Positions 54,702 through 63,635 of a stretch of 64,000 nucleotides of DNA are shown here, in pieces. The notes beneath the pieces were generated by a model. That model worked only from the letters and a program-made list of their open reading frames with translations, was not told the origin of the DNA and did not search any database. Position numbers and translations under genes: made by a program. Every line of letters begins with the position of its first letter. Within the stretch, counting starts at the first letter, position 1. The DNA comes from a phage, in the sequence record PZ338878.1; one strand, given 5' to 3'.

Positions 54702-57476
54702 TTAGTTTACCAGTTTATTTATGTCTGGTAAAAGATTTATTTCACCTAAAAAATCACCTTCACCTTCCTCTAGCCAACTCTCATATGCTTGTGCATGATT
54801 ATAGTTACCATCAAAAGAATCTGCAACAAATTTTTCTACAGTTTTTCGAGATGTGCCAGCGCCAAATACACCAAGTTTAATACCATTGATCGGTAAAGTA
54901 GGGCTTGTTGGTACTTTCTCTGTTGCAACACGGTTGATATCTATAATCTCTTGTACAGTTGTATTCCATTGTAAGCATTTAACACAACGGGTATGCGCTA
55001 CATACAGTAAGTTTCGCTCTGCCTCTTCTAGTCCTACCCATTCACCAGTCTTTTTATCATAGTTGGAAGGAAAATCATTAGCAACAATAACCTGATCCCA
55101 CTCCAAACCTTTAGACTTATGTGCTGTAGTCAGTGTGACTTTTGCTGTAGGAGAATTTCTATGCGTTCTAAGTGTATGTGCTATAGTGTTTGCCTTGCCA
55201 GAAACTACGATGTTTAACAAGCGTTTAGCATCTGGATCAGCCTCTGCACACTCAACAAATTCATTCCAGTCTGCGTAAGGTAATACAGTTTCATGTTTTA
55301 CTTTCTCAATATCCCCTCTCCGAAGAGCATTAACACTATCCACCATAGAGATAAAATCCCTGGTATCTACGTTAATAATAATTTCTTCCCCATCTGCAAT
55401 ACGATCCATTGCCTCCATAAGCAAGGTTAAATTCTTGCGAAAGATGATAGTGTAAGGTTTTGTATAGTCTACAACATCTGATTTGTAGCTACCTACTACA
55501 GTATCAAAGCCTTTACCAACCAAAGGATGACGCAAAGGTTCTTTATCACTTAAAATCATATTCGCAATGTTTGCCACTTTGGGGCCAAAACGGAAGCAAG
55601 CAGTTAATGGAAGCTCTGCCCCATACTTAGCTGTTTCAATCATCATATTAGAGCTACCTCTAAATTGATAAATGCAGTTGTGGCTAAGAATTTCATTGCC
55701 AAAAAAGTTAGCAGTATCTTCTACTTCAATATCATAATAGATACCCTCACTATCTACAATGTCCACAATCTCTTCTGCCGTTACAGTATCACCATCTTTT
55801 ACTAACACAGACATGCCTTTAAACAAACCCGCTGCCGGAATTAAATTATATTTGGGAGTGTTCACAGAGGACATGCATTCTTTTAAAGATGCAAACGGAA
55901 CTATTTCAAGGATCTTTTGTGCAAAACTCAATGCTTCACGATAAGAATTGAAATATTTACGTACACGGTAACGACCTTCCAATTTAGCAACACTTACGCT
56001 TACACCTGCTTCAATGAGTGAGGCATAGATTGGCATTTCACTTTCTGTCCACTCAAAGCTAACTTGTGTTCCTTTACAACCTTGTGCTCGCAAAGTCACT
56101 GTTAACATTTTTCTTGCATCTACTGCACAATTGATGCTGTGCCAATGTGGATAAGCAAAATGATAGTCTTTATCCTCTAAAAGTTTAAAACCATTTTGTC
56201 CGAATTGTTCAAAGATATTGTTGATCCTTTCTTGATTAATACCGCGTGAACTTGCTTCAAATACACAAGTAGGAATGCCATATTGTAAACTGTATGCCAT
56301 TTCTTTTTCCATAGCAGCTTCACGGTTTTCAACAATATCCAACACCCACAACTTCTGTGCTTTTTCAGAACGTGTACGTTGCCCCAGTTTAGAAAAACCT
56401 TCTTTATCATCGAATTTGTTAGTGATCCCTACTCGGAAACCTAAATCTTTTCTCCACATTAGGTATACCACCATCTGATCATCTTTCAGAACATAAGGTG
56501 AAGCCCAAATACGATGGTTATGTGTCATATCTAAAGTCTTACCTTTAGCAGTAATAATATTCCTACCTTTTGTACGTGTAGATAAAGTCTTATTTGTTAC
56601 TTTTCTAAATGTAACTTTACCGTTAGAATAAGACTCTACCTTATCACCGATTTGCAGGTCTTTCATTGTAACCTGACCATTTTCGGTATTAAGTACCGTG
56701 TTTTCTGACACACATTGGAATTCATCACCAACTACCACAATTTGTTTGGCAGATTTAGCATTCCGCAGAATAGACAAGAATGCAGGGTTAACATCCTGGA
56801 ATTCATCCCCAAAAATAATGTCATAACCAAGATCAGCACCAGACAATTCAAACAATTTTACATAGGTGTCATGCGTCATCAAAGTATCTGTGTTAGGATC
56901 AATGCGCTCTCGCCACAATTGTTTTGCATACTTAACTACTTCTGTAATTAGTTTGTGTTCGTTAATACCTTTTCTTTTAATATCTGCAAGATGTACACCA
57001 GGAAAATGTTTACGGCTGATAAAAGGATCATCCGAAAATTCAAACTTACCTACGGTTTGCTTGATCATTAAACCAATCATAGCACGAGTTAAAAGTGTTT
57101 TCCCTCGTTTATCAATAAGATTATTAATCTTAAATTTCTTTGCTATCTCACTACCTGTACCTGCAACGTTAACATACTGTCCTTCTGGTCGTGACAGTTT
57201 TGCACGTAAACGATGATCCAGGAATTGATAGCAAATGGAATGCAATGTACGGCATTCTACATTTGGTGGCATCTTACGCCGTGCTTCTTCTGCCATGCTT
57301 TTATTGAAAGCTAAGTAAAGAATGCGATCTTCTGTACTGTTAGCCAGCAAATAAAGTGTTGACGTTTTTCCTGATCCAGATTTAGCTTGGATAGTTAAAA
57401 ACCGATGATCTGGAAAAGCCTCCTTAATAGCTGTTTGCTCTTCTGTTGGAGTAAAACTCAACTCTTTCTTAGCCAT
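54702..57476 (-). CDS. UvrD/Rep-like superfamily I DNA helicase containing an intein
   Basis: ORF-track 54702-57515, start at ATG 57476; Walker A AKSGSGKTST, motif II GDEFQD, motif III split by insertion (VVVGDEFQ | intein | CIYQFRGSS). Confidence 0.75.
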   Translation of the reverse strand: MAKKELSFTPTEEQTAIKEAFPDHRFLTIQAKSGSGKTSTLYLLANSTEDRILYLAFNKSMAEEARRKMPPNVECRTLHSICYQFLDHRLRAKLSRPEGQYVNVAGTGSEIAKKFKINNLIDKRGKTLLTRAMIGLMIKQTVGKFEFSDDPFISRKHFPGVHLADIKRKGINEHKLITEVVKYAKQLWRERIDPNTDTLMTHDTYVKLFELSGADLGYDIIFGDEFQDVNPAFLSILRNAKSAKQIVVVGDEFQCVSENTVLNTENGQVTMKDLQIGDKVESYSNGKVTFRKVTNKTLSTRTKGRNIITAKGKTLDMTHNHRIWASPYVLKDDQMVVYLMWRKDLGFRVGITNKFDDKEGFSKLGQRTRSEKAQKLWVLDIVENREAAMEKEMAYSLQYGIPTCVFEASSRGINQERINNIFEQFGQNGFKLLEDKDYHFAYPHWHSINCAVDARKMLTVTLRAQGCKGTQVSFEWTESEMPIYASLIEAGVSVSVAKLEGRYRVRKYFNSYREALSFAQKILEIVPFASLKECMSSVNTPKYNLIPAAGLFKGMSVLVKDGDTVTAEEIVDIVDSEGIYYDIEVEDTANFFGNEILSHNCIYQFRGSSNMMIETAKYGAELPLTACFRFGPKVANIANMILSDKEPLRHPLVGKGFDTVVGSYKSDVVDYTKPYTIIFRKNLTLLMEAMDRIADGEEIIINVDTRDFISMVDSVNALRRGDIEKVKHETVLPYADWNEFVECAEADPDAKRLLNIVVSGKANTIAHTLRTHRNSPTAKVTLTTAHKSKGLEWDQVIVANDFPSNYDKKTGEWVGLEEAERNLLYVAHTRCVKCLQWNTTVQEIIDINRVATEKVPTSPTLPINGIKLGVFGAGTSRKTVEKFVADSFDGNYNHAQAYESWLEEGEGDFLGEINLLPDINKLVN
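55677..56714 (-). mobile_element. intein (about 346 aa) inserted in helicase motif III
   Basis: Begins with Cys after DEFQ (CVSENTVLNTENGQVTMKDLQIGDKV), ends ...FGNEILSHN followed by +1 Cys; codons checked at both junctions. Confidence 0.65.
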
Positions 57477-57477
57477 T

Positions 57478-57954
57478 TCAACCTCTCTTAATTTGTTTAA
57501 CAAGCATAGGAACAAAATCTCGTTTTAAAATTTGTTCAATAATATGATCAGGTAGCTGTTGGAAATTATAATTAAATGCTACTGTCTCACCTTTAGGTGT
57601 TTCTACCCGCACATATAGCATGTTACGAAGTTTATCCACTTGTGCTGTATATTCTAAACCACGTAATTGATGCATTGCAAACATCAAATCATCAGTTTCA
57701 GTTTGGAATCTATCCCTTGTTTGCATCAAGGATAAGGCAAAAGGTAGATTTTCCCTAAGAGCCACCTTCTTAGGCACTAATGAAGGGAAATACTCCCCAA
57801 TAACTTCCTGTGTAAGCTGAATACACTCTTTTTCAAGCTGGTTTTGTTCCTTGAGTTCACAAACACTTTTTTGTAAAGTGTTAACCTCTTTTTGCAAAGC
57901 TGCTAGTTGAGTATTTAACTTTCTTTTTTGATTACGACCAAAACGTTTAGACAT
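57478..57954 (-). CDS. hypothetical coiled-coil protein
   Basis: 158 aa; basic N-terminus and coiled coil. Confidence 0.45.
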   Translation of the reverse strand: MSKRFGRNQKRKLNTQLAALQKEVNTLQKSVCELKEQNQLEKECIQLTQEVIGEYFPSLVPKKVALRENLPFALSLMQTRDRFQTETDDLMFAMHQLRGLEYTAQVDKLRNMLYVRVETPKGETVAFNYNFQQLPDHIIEQILKRDFVPMLVKQIKRG

Positions 57955-57962
57955 ATCTCCCC

Positions 57963-58478
57963 CTAGTAAAACCCCTTAACAATTTGTATTAACTCGGCAC
58001 AACGGTTGACCAACTTTTCATCGTACAATACACGTTGTGGCATATGTTGTATAATATACTCCATTTGCTCATGCCATGTCCACTTTTCTTTTTTGTCTGG
58101 GATAACATCACTAGCACGAGAATTATCTTTTAATGTTTGTATAATCCAATTGCTTGGAAAGTGCTCTCCACCTTTCTTAAATGGTTTATAGTGGCCTAGA
58201 GTGAATTGAGAATCCCCTGTTAGAGCACCCAATTTATTTAGATGGATAATCAAACTACGAAACACGTAGTATTCATAGATGTTATCCACCGTATAGCAAG
58301 CATAATATTTCAAGATGCCCTTATCTCGCGGATACTTACCAACATCCAGATTACACCAGTTGACATTTTCTGGATCATAGTTGTGTTCCTTAAGCCATAT
58401 TTCTCTTTCATCAAAGTCTGGGTATATTACCGCCCTGCTTACAGAGTCAACAAGTGGAGATTGAGCATCAAAAAACAT
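57963..58478 (-). CDS. hypothetical protein
   Basis: 171 aa. Confidence 0.45.
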   Translation of the reverse strand: MFFDAQSPLVDSVSRAVIYPDFDEREIWLKEHNYDPENVNWCNLDVGKYPRDKGILKYYACYTVDNIYEYYVFRSLIIHLNKLGALTGDSQFTLGHYKPFKKGGEHFPSNWIIQTLKDNSRASDVIPDKKEKWTWHEQMEYIIQHMPQRVLYDEKLVNRCAELIQIVKGFY

Positions 58479-58499
58479 TATATTTTCCTTATTGGTTTA

Positions 58500-58940
58500 T
58501 TAAACGTTTTCTAAATCTTTTAAGGCATTACCCAACGTTAGAACAATAACATCGTTTGCTGCCTCTTCCCCATTGATATTGGTGAAATTTGGTGTGACAA
58601 AAGTAACCATATAAAACTCGTCCACCTGGAAGACAGCAATAACACCGTCCATCTTAACATCTTGACGAAAGGAAAAACCAATCATCTTCTCTTGCAAAGG
58701 CATATCCCCTTCCTTCATTACTGCCAGGGAGTTTTCAGGAATGTTATATTTATCTGCTCCGATGTAGATGTACGTAATGTTATCTTTATCGTGATGATAC
58801 AGGGTTGCTTTTTCCATATCTAAACCTGACAGATCAAATACGTTAATTTCTTGTGTAGTCTTCATAAATATCCTCCCAAATCCAATAATCATCTGTGTAA
58901 GTAGGATGCCTTTTATCCCACTCTGTTCTAGCCCAAGCAA
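58500..58940 (-). CDS. hypothetical protein
   Basis: ORF-track coordinates; true start probably an internal Met (MKTTQEIN...) after GGAGG. Confidence 0.4.
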   Translation of the reverse strand: MLGLEQSGIKGILLTQMIIGFGRIFMKTTQEINVFDLSGLDMEKATLYHHDKDNITYIYIGADKYNIPENSLAVMKEGDMPLQEKMIGFSFRQDVKMDGVIAVFQVDEFYMVTFVTPNFTNINGEEAANDVIVLTLGNALKDLENV

Positions 58941-59229
58941 CCGCTGCTACCAACACATCACCATGACAAGGTTGAGGTGAGCAGAAGCAAACTAAGTCTT
59001 TCCCTTCTAATTCTAACAAATCTTCAAGAGTGATTTTACCACAACGAATTTGTTCCCACAACCACTCTTTATATCTTTGTATAGTTGATCCTCGTGGTTC
59101 ATCATCCTTTAACTTAAAAGGATTTGCAAACTTTGAGGCTTTTAACCCCATATGAGGCATAGCTCTGCCAATGTACACTGCACCTTCAGGTATTACTTTA
59201 CCTAAATGGTAGAAATTTAATACTTTCAT
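58843..59229 (-). CDS. DUF4326-like protein
   Basis: ORF-track 58843-59253 trimmed to internal Met; GAVYIGRAMP...SKFANPF...GKDLVCFCSPQPCHGDVL recalled as DUF4326-type signature. Confidence 0.4.
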   Translation of the reverse strand: MKVLNFYHLGKVIPEGAVYIGRAMPHMGLKASKFANPFKLKDDEPRGSTIQRYKEWLWEQIRCGKITLEDLLELEGKDLVCFCSPQPCHGDVLVAAVAWARTEWDKRHPTYTDDYWIWEDIYEDYTRN

Positions 59230-59230
59230 A

Positions 59231-59581
59231 TTAACCCAAACACATCTGTGCAATCAAGCCCTGTATAAATTTATTAGCTTCTTTACTGTCGTAATCAGTT
59301 TCTTCTGGATATCCATCTTCATCGTACACAACTGTACCTTCAATATACCCTGCCTCAATTAAGGCACGGATCATATCAAATTGCCAGCATGAGTTACCAA
59401 ATGGACGTTTACCATTAAAACACTCTTCTTCTCTCCATAACGTAGAGAGTAGTTGTCGGAAATATTCCCGTACAGTGACAGTACCAAGATCTGAATCCTC
59501 AAACATAACATCCAGGGCATCAGGATTGCTTTTCTCTACATAAGGAATATATTTAACACCATTAATAGTTACATCAAGCAT
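59231..59581 (-). CDS. hypothetical protein
   Basis: 116 aa acidic ORF. Confidence 0.45.
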   Translation of the reverse strand: MLDVTINGVKYIPYVEKSNPDALDVMFEDSDLGTVTVREYFRQLLSTLWREEECFNGKRPFGNSCWQFDMIRALIEAGYIEGTVVYDEDGYPEETDYDSKEANKFIQGLIAQMCLG

Positions 59582-59944
59582 TTATTTCTCCTTATCATCA
59601 TATTCTAGGAACATATCTGCACGATATGCTTTACGCTCTTCAAACTTAGCAGGATCTACAACAATAAGCAATACAAGGTTAACATCTAAATACTTCTTAA
59701 CAAATAGAAATAAATCTTTTCCACAGTTAAAACCTACACCAGTATAGGCATCCCCATATTGATCTACTGATTTAATCTTCTTACTAACCGTACATTCTAT
59801 GCTATTCTTTTCTTCTTGGTATAAGGCTTTCCCACCCCAATATGTAAAGAATTTAGTACCGTCAGCACCAAGTTTAAAACCTTCTGTTGCATGTCCAGCA
59901 AATGAAAGTAAACATAACCAAGTGATCATCAGGTACTTTAGCAT
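59582..59944 (-). CDS. secreted/periplasmic protein
   Basis: ORF-track 59582-59998 trimmed to internal Met; signal-peptide-like MLKYLMITWLCLLSFAGHA-TEG. Confidence 0.45.
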   Translation of the reverse strand: MLKYLMITWLCLLSFAGHATEGFKLGADGTKFFTYWGGKALYQEEKNSIECTVSKKIKSVDQYGDAYTGVGFNCGKDLFLFVKKYLDVNLVLLIVVDPAKFEERKAYRADMFLEYDDKEK

Positions 59945-59945
59945 T

Positions 59946-60428
59946 TTAACCACCCAATTGCAAATGTTTAGAAAGAACAATATCCCACTGATCACCACAA
60001 CCGTTATCTATGCGGAACATAATGTACGTATCATCTTCTTCTACAACATATAACACCTCATAGGAATTACAACAGCCTTCCCAATTTTTAACAGCCTCTG
60101 GTGTATCATGTGTAAAAATTTCATTACCATCATACGACCAAAACAAAGGGGTGAGGTTTTCGAAGGTCAGTGAAGTAGGGTTCACTTCATCTTTAACTGC
60201 TTCCTCATACTCCTTATGCGTTTGTACTGCTTTAGTTAGTGTACTCATGTCTATCTCCTTTTCTCCTTCTTGACTATGGAGGATAGCGAACTCTCTAAAC
60301 TCCACTTCACGCCATGTTTTTAAGTAGTGCTTTATAATTTTATCAACATCTGCCTGTTCAACATTACTTTTCAAGCAATAGTAATCATGGTCTTCGCCCA
60401 TTCTACCCCATATGCTATACCTTGTCAT
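59946..60428 (-). CDS. hypothetical protein
   Basis: 160 aa. Confidence 0.45.
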   Translation of the reverse strand: MTRYSIWGRMGEDHDYYCLKSNVEQADVDKIIKHYLKTWREVEFREFAILHSQEGEKEIDMSTLTKAVQTHKEYEEAVKDEVNPTSLTFENLTPLFWSYDGNEIFTHDTPEAVKNWEGCCNSYEVLYVVEEDDTYIMFRIDNGCGDQWDIVLSKHLQLGG

Positions 60429-60696
60429 CTGATTGATCCTTTACATTGCTCTTGGTATACACAGGAATAACATCGTCGTGATCTTTATTACTTTCATCTG
60501 TTAAAGCCCAAAACAACTTACCTGCTGGATGTTTAAAGATGTAGGCAATAGGTTCCTCTTCCTGTGCTTCTTTGCTACGGATACCATCCCGCCAGGCAAG
60601 CCAAGTGTAGATCATCACTTCTTGACGTTCTTCTTCGTTAGGCCACATATGTGGTGGGAAGGTTTTATCAAACCATTGCTTAAATTCTTCGGTCAT
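60415..60696 (-). CDS. hypothetical protein
   Basis: 93 aa. Confidence 0.4.
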   Translation of the reverse strand: MTEEFKQWFDKTFPPHMWPNEEERQEVMIYTWLAWRDGIRSKEAQEEEPIAYIFKHPAGKLFWALTDESNKDHDDVIPVYTKSNVKDQSDDKV

Positions 60697-60931
60697 AATC
60701 TACTCCTTAACGTACAAAGTTAACCTCTGCTTCTTTCAGCTTTGACACTTCTACATAACCACCATGATCATCTTTAATCCATTCTTTTCCTTTACGGATG
60801 ATAACAGGGTATGTAGAGTGAGTAAGTTTAGGTACAGATCTTTTTGTTTTAGTGATAGAAATGTTTTGCATAGTAGTCTCCTTAGTAAATTTTACATAGA
60901 GTCTAGATTATTTAGTAGATAGAGTCAATAA

Positions 60932-61198
60932 CTAATTACTGTTAGATCTGTATTCTGTCTTCCATTCACAATGGTAAACTTCAACAGGTTCTAACTTCCA
61001 GTGTTCAGGAACTAATTCAGGGCAATATCTACAAAAGAGAAATAGATAGATAATTAAGACAGGTATTAAATAGTAAAATGGTATACGATCATAACCATAC
61101 TTACGAGATAACATGTAGACATATAGATAGGGTATAACAATTAATCCTATAACTATAAGTAAGAAGAGAAGTATAAACCTTAGTGTAGTAACATCCAT
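60932..61198 (-). CDS. small membrane protein (two TM helices)
   Basis: 88 aa; LRFILLFLLIVIGLIVIPYLYVYM and IPFYYLIPVLIIYLFLF. Confidence 0.45.
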   Translation of the reverse strand: MDVTTLRFILLFLLIVIGLIVIPYLYVYMLSRKYGYDRIPFYYLIPVLIIYLFLFCRYCPELVPEHWKLEPVEVYHCEWKTEYRSNSN

Positions 61199-61237
61199 AG
61201 TATTCTCCTATACAGTAATATACTCTGTTCCTGCCCC

Positions 61238-61266
61238 TCCATGAGTGGCAGGAACAATATCTATAG
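61238..61266 (-). promoter_or_regulatory. perfect 9-bp stem hairpin in intergenic region
   Basis: GTTCCTGCC-(11 nt)-GGCAGGAAC in the 164-bp gap between two minus-strand genes; no U-tract. Confidence 0.3.
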
Positions 61267-61362
61267 AGAATACTAACTCGCTTCGCTCGTCACCTTTCAG
61301 GTTTAGGGTAGCATGTTTTTCTGAAAAAGTCAATACTCTCCACAAAACTTTACAAAATACTT

Positions 61363-61635
61363 TTACATAGGTACAACAGAGTCTGTTTTGAAGTCGTACA
61401 TATGATTTACACCTGTGATTTTTGACATAGAGATTGCACGTTTAACACCTGCAATTACCTGGTCTGTCTTCTTAATCTCTTCACGGAACTTACGTACAGT
61501 TAGAGAGAAGAAACGATGATCCATCCATTGACGGTTAACACGATCACGTTTGAAGTGACGGAAATCTTCAATCTGTCTGTTACGCAAACGGCGCAGTACA
61601 TATAATAATTCATAGTAAGGGTGTTTATTTTTCAT
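61363..61635 (-). CDS. hypothetical basic protein
   Basis: 90 aa, Arg/Lys-rich. Confidence 0.4.
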   Translation of the reverse strand: MKNKHPYYELLYVLRRLRNRQIEDFRHFKRDRVNRQWMDHRFFSLTVRKFREEIKKTDQVIAGVKRAISMSKITGVNHMYDFKTDSVVPM

Positions 61636-61638
61636 AAT

Positions 61639-62067
61639 TTATTCTCCAAATCGAAAATCGTCAATATCATCAAACCATACACAATGGCGAGTCCTTTCTT
61701 TTTCTGTTGCAGACATTGTTTCAACAGCTTTAGGACTAAGCACAACAGGAATGTAACGAACAGGTCGTTCATAATAGTAGCCATACTTTTCTGTATTAGC
61801 TGCCTCAAAGACTTTACGGCGTTCTTCAAGATCTTCTATGGTGAATCCTACCATATAACCATCATGTTTGCTACCCCATCCTTCCTCACTTTCAACAATC
61901 GGGATATAAAAGCCGTTACGCGTCCCTGACGCTGGTTTTTCTTGAGCCTGAAGGCAAGCCTCCCATCCTGCTTTAAAGACGTTATAGAGCGATTTACGCA
62001 CGTTATGAGTGCCGCTTTCGCTTGCTGGATAGATTTCATTAAACTTGTCTTGGATTTGTTGTGTCAT
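61639..62067 (-). CDS. hypothetical protein
   Basis: 142 aa. Confidence 0.45.
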   Translation of the reverse strand: MTQQIQDKFNEIYPASESGTHNVRKSLYNVFKAGWEACLQAQEKPASGTRNGFYIPIVESEEGWGSKHDGYMVGFTIEDLEERRKVFEAANTEKYGYYYERPVRYIPVVLSPKAVETMSATEKERTRHCVWFDDIDDFRFGE

Positions 62068-62210
62068 ACCCGCCCCTTAGTGATTATTTGACCAGCTAAA
62101 CAAATAGCTTGTAGTACAATAAAGAAGTAGCCTAATTTTACACTACCCAATACCCAGAATGCAATGTTTGCAAACAAACAAAAAGCAATATTAAGTCTAA
62201 AGAATAACAT

Positions 62211-62477
62211 TTAATCCCCTTCATATTTAGGTAAAGGCATATATGCCACAATAGGAGGGTAATCAAAGTGAAAATGATGGTTCACCACAATAATCTTACC
62301 AGACATACTTTTATGCACTTCACAATACCCTTTTCCACCATCTTCCATTACCACCACATACTCACCTAGTGGGATATCGTATGGATCTTCTACTTTTACC
62401 CATTCTGTCATTTTGTAAACTCCTCGTAGTAAGGTAAAGCCTTGATCAGTTGTTCTGAAGTGCCATTTTGCACCCAC
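62211..62477 (-). CDS. hypothetical protein
   Basis: 88 aa. Confidence 0.4.
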   Translation of the reverse strand: MGAKWHFRTTDQGFTLLRGVYKMTEWVKVEDPYDIPLGEYVVVMEDGGKGYCEVHKSMSGKIIVVNHHFHFDYPPIVAYMPLPKYEGD

Positions 62478-62575
62478 GTAACACCATTGTCAACAGAAAC
62501 ATACCCTTTTTTGTCAATAAATTTACGCAGACAGCCAGTGAACTTATTTTTGTAGATAACCATCTTTACTCCTTG

Positions 62576-62929
62576 TTACATCCACAGGTTATGAAAATAC
62601 TTAGCAAATAAAATGCGACCTTCTAAACGATCTTGCCGCTGTTTTTCATTAACTTCTTCTGGTGGAGTTGAGTCCTTAAAAGAAGACTCCATTTTTTCAA
62701 GAATTTCTAACCAGTGTTCTGCTGCTCGTTCTTCCATATAAGGTAGATAGTCACCTTTAGCGTGTGGGTACATCCGACGAAGTAACCCACTAGGAATTTT
62801 AACATTGTTTGTGGCTATCACTTTTGCACGATACGCAGAAAGTGCATTGTAGATCAGTTTACTTAGTGTCACATCCAGATCAAGAAGATCACTCTCTTCA
62901 AATTGAATTTCATCGTGTACAATTTTCAT
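62576..62929 (-). CDS. hypothetical protein
   Basis: 117 aa. Confidence 0.45.
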   Translation of the reverse strand: MKIVHDEIQFEESDLLDLDVTLSKLIYNALSAYRAKVIATNNVKIPSGLLRRMYPHAKGDYLPYMEERAAEHWLEILEKMESSFKDSTPPEEVNEKQRQDRLEGRILFAKYFHNLWM

Positions 62930-63213
62930 CGTGCCTTCTCCCGATCTGCATCTAATTTCAACAAGAAAGCTGTATACTCTTCCGAACCTTGGTGTAAAAA
63001 CATGTGATAAGAGCTTACCAGTTTCTTCGTTGTCGTATAACGTTCCATTTCCCCAACAACACCTCCACCTAGTGTGTAGAGCACAATACCTTCAACTCCA
63101 ACATAGTTTACTACTTCAACCAAGTCTGTGTTATCCCAATAGTAGTTAGGTGACACAATAAGATCGCCCACTGCCAGTTTAATGTTTGCTACTTCGTCTT
63201 GTGAATAATACAT
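62926..63213 (-). CDS. hypothetical protein
   Basis: 95 aa; ATGA-type overlap with downstream gene. Confidence 0.45.
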   Translation of the reverse strand: MYYSQDEVANIKLAVGDLIVSPNYYWDNTDLVEVVNYVGVEGIVLYTLGGGVVGEMERYTTTKKLVSSYHMFLHQGSEEYTAFLLKLDADREKAR

Positions 63214-63225
63214 TTGGTTCTCCTC

Positions 63226-63519
63226 TCACATTAAGACACGTTTTGTGTTGATGGGTGCATTATCAAACATGTTAAGAACATTATCAAGCAGTTTTACTAA
63301 TTCATTTGTAATTTGTTCCCTTGAACGGGAGGAAGTGAGCACTTTGCTTTCACCAACAATATGCATAACTTTTATAGGAGCGTCTAAAATGATGTTGTGC
63401 TGATGATCCTCTTCAAAAGAAGCCAACCATTTCTCATTGTTACCGTGCAAGGCTACAATCACACCAAAACCGTTAATTGTTTCAGAAATATTCTTAGTTG
63501 CTAAAGTAATGTTCATCAT
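63226..63519 (-). CDS. hypothetical protein (promoter-proximal gene of the minus-strand early operon)
   Basis: 97 aa; first ORF downstream of the divergent intergenic region. Confidence 0.45.
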   Translation of the reverse strand: MMNITLATKNISETINGFGVIVALHGNNEKWLASFEEDHQHNIILDAPIKVMHIVGESKVLTSSRSREQITNELVKLLDNVLNMFDNAPINTKRVLM

Positions 63520-63575
63520 CTACCTCTTTTGTTACGATACACACAGAGTACCAGAAACTAATTTCAGATCAAGTA

Positions 63576-63603
63576 TTGACATACTGTTTTATTGTGCTAA
63601 TCT
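63576..63603 (+). promoter_or_regulatory. sigma70-like promoter candidate in divergent intergenic region
   Basis: TTGACA at 63576-63581, 16 nt spacer, TGcTAATCT extended -10-like, upstream of the AGAGGAG RBS and ATG at 63636. Confidence 0.3.
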
Positions 63604-63635
63604 TAATGCATACACAAATGAGAGGAGATAAACGA

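Noticed and set aside
54575-55062. Plus-strand ORFs 54575-54880 and 54853-55062
   Set aside because: Antisense to the MazG-like and helicase genes; no independent support
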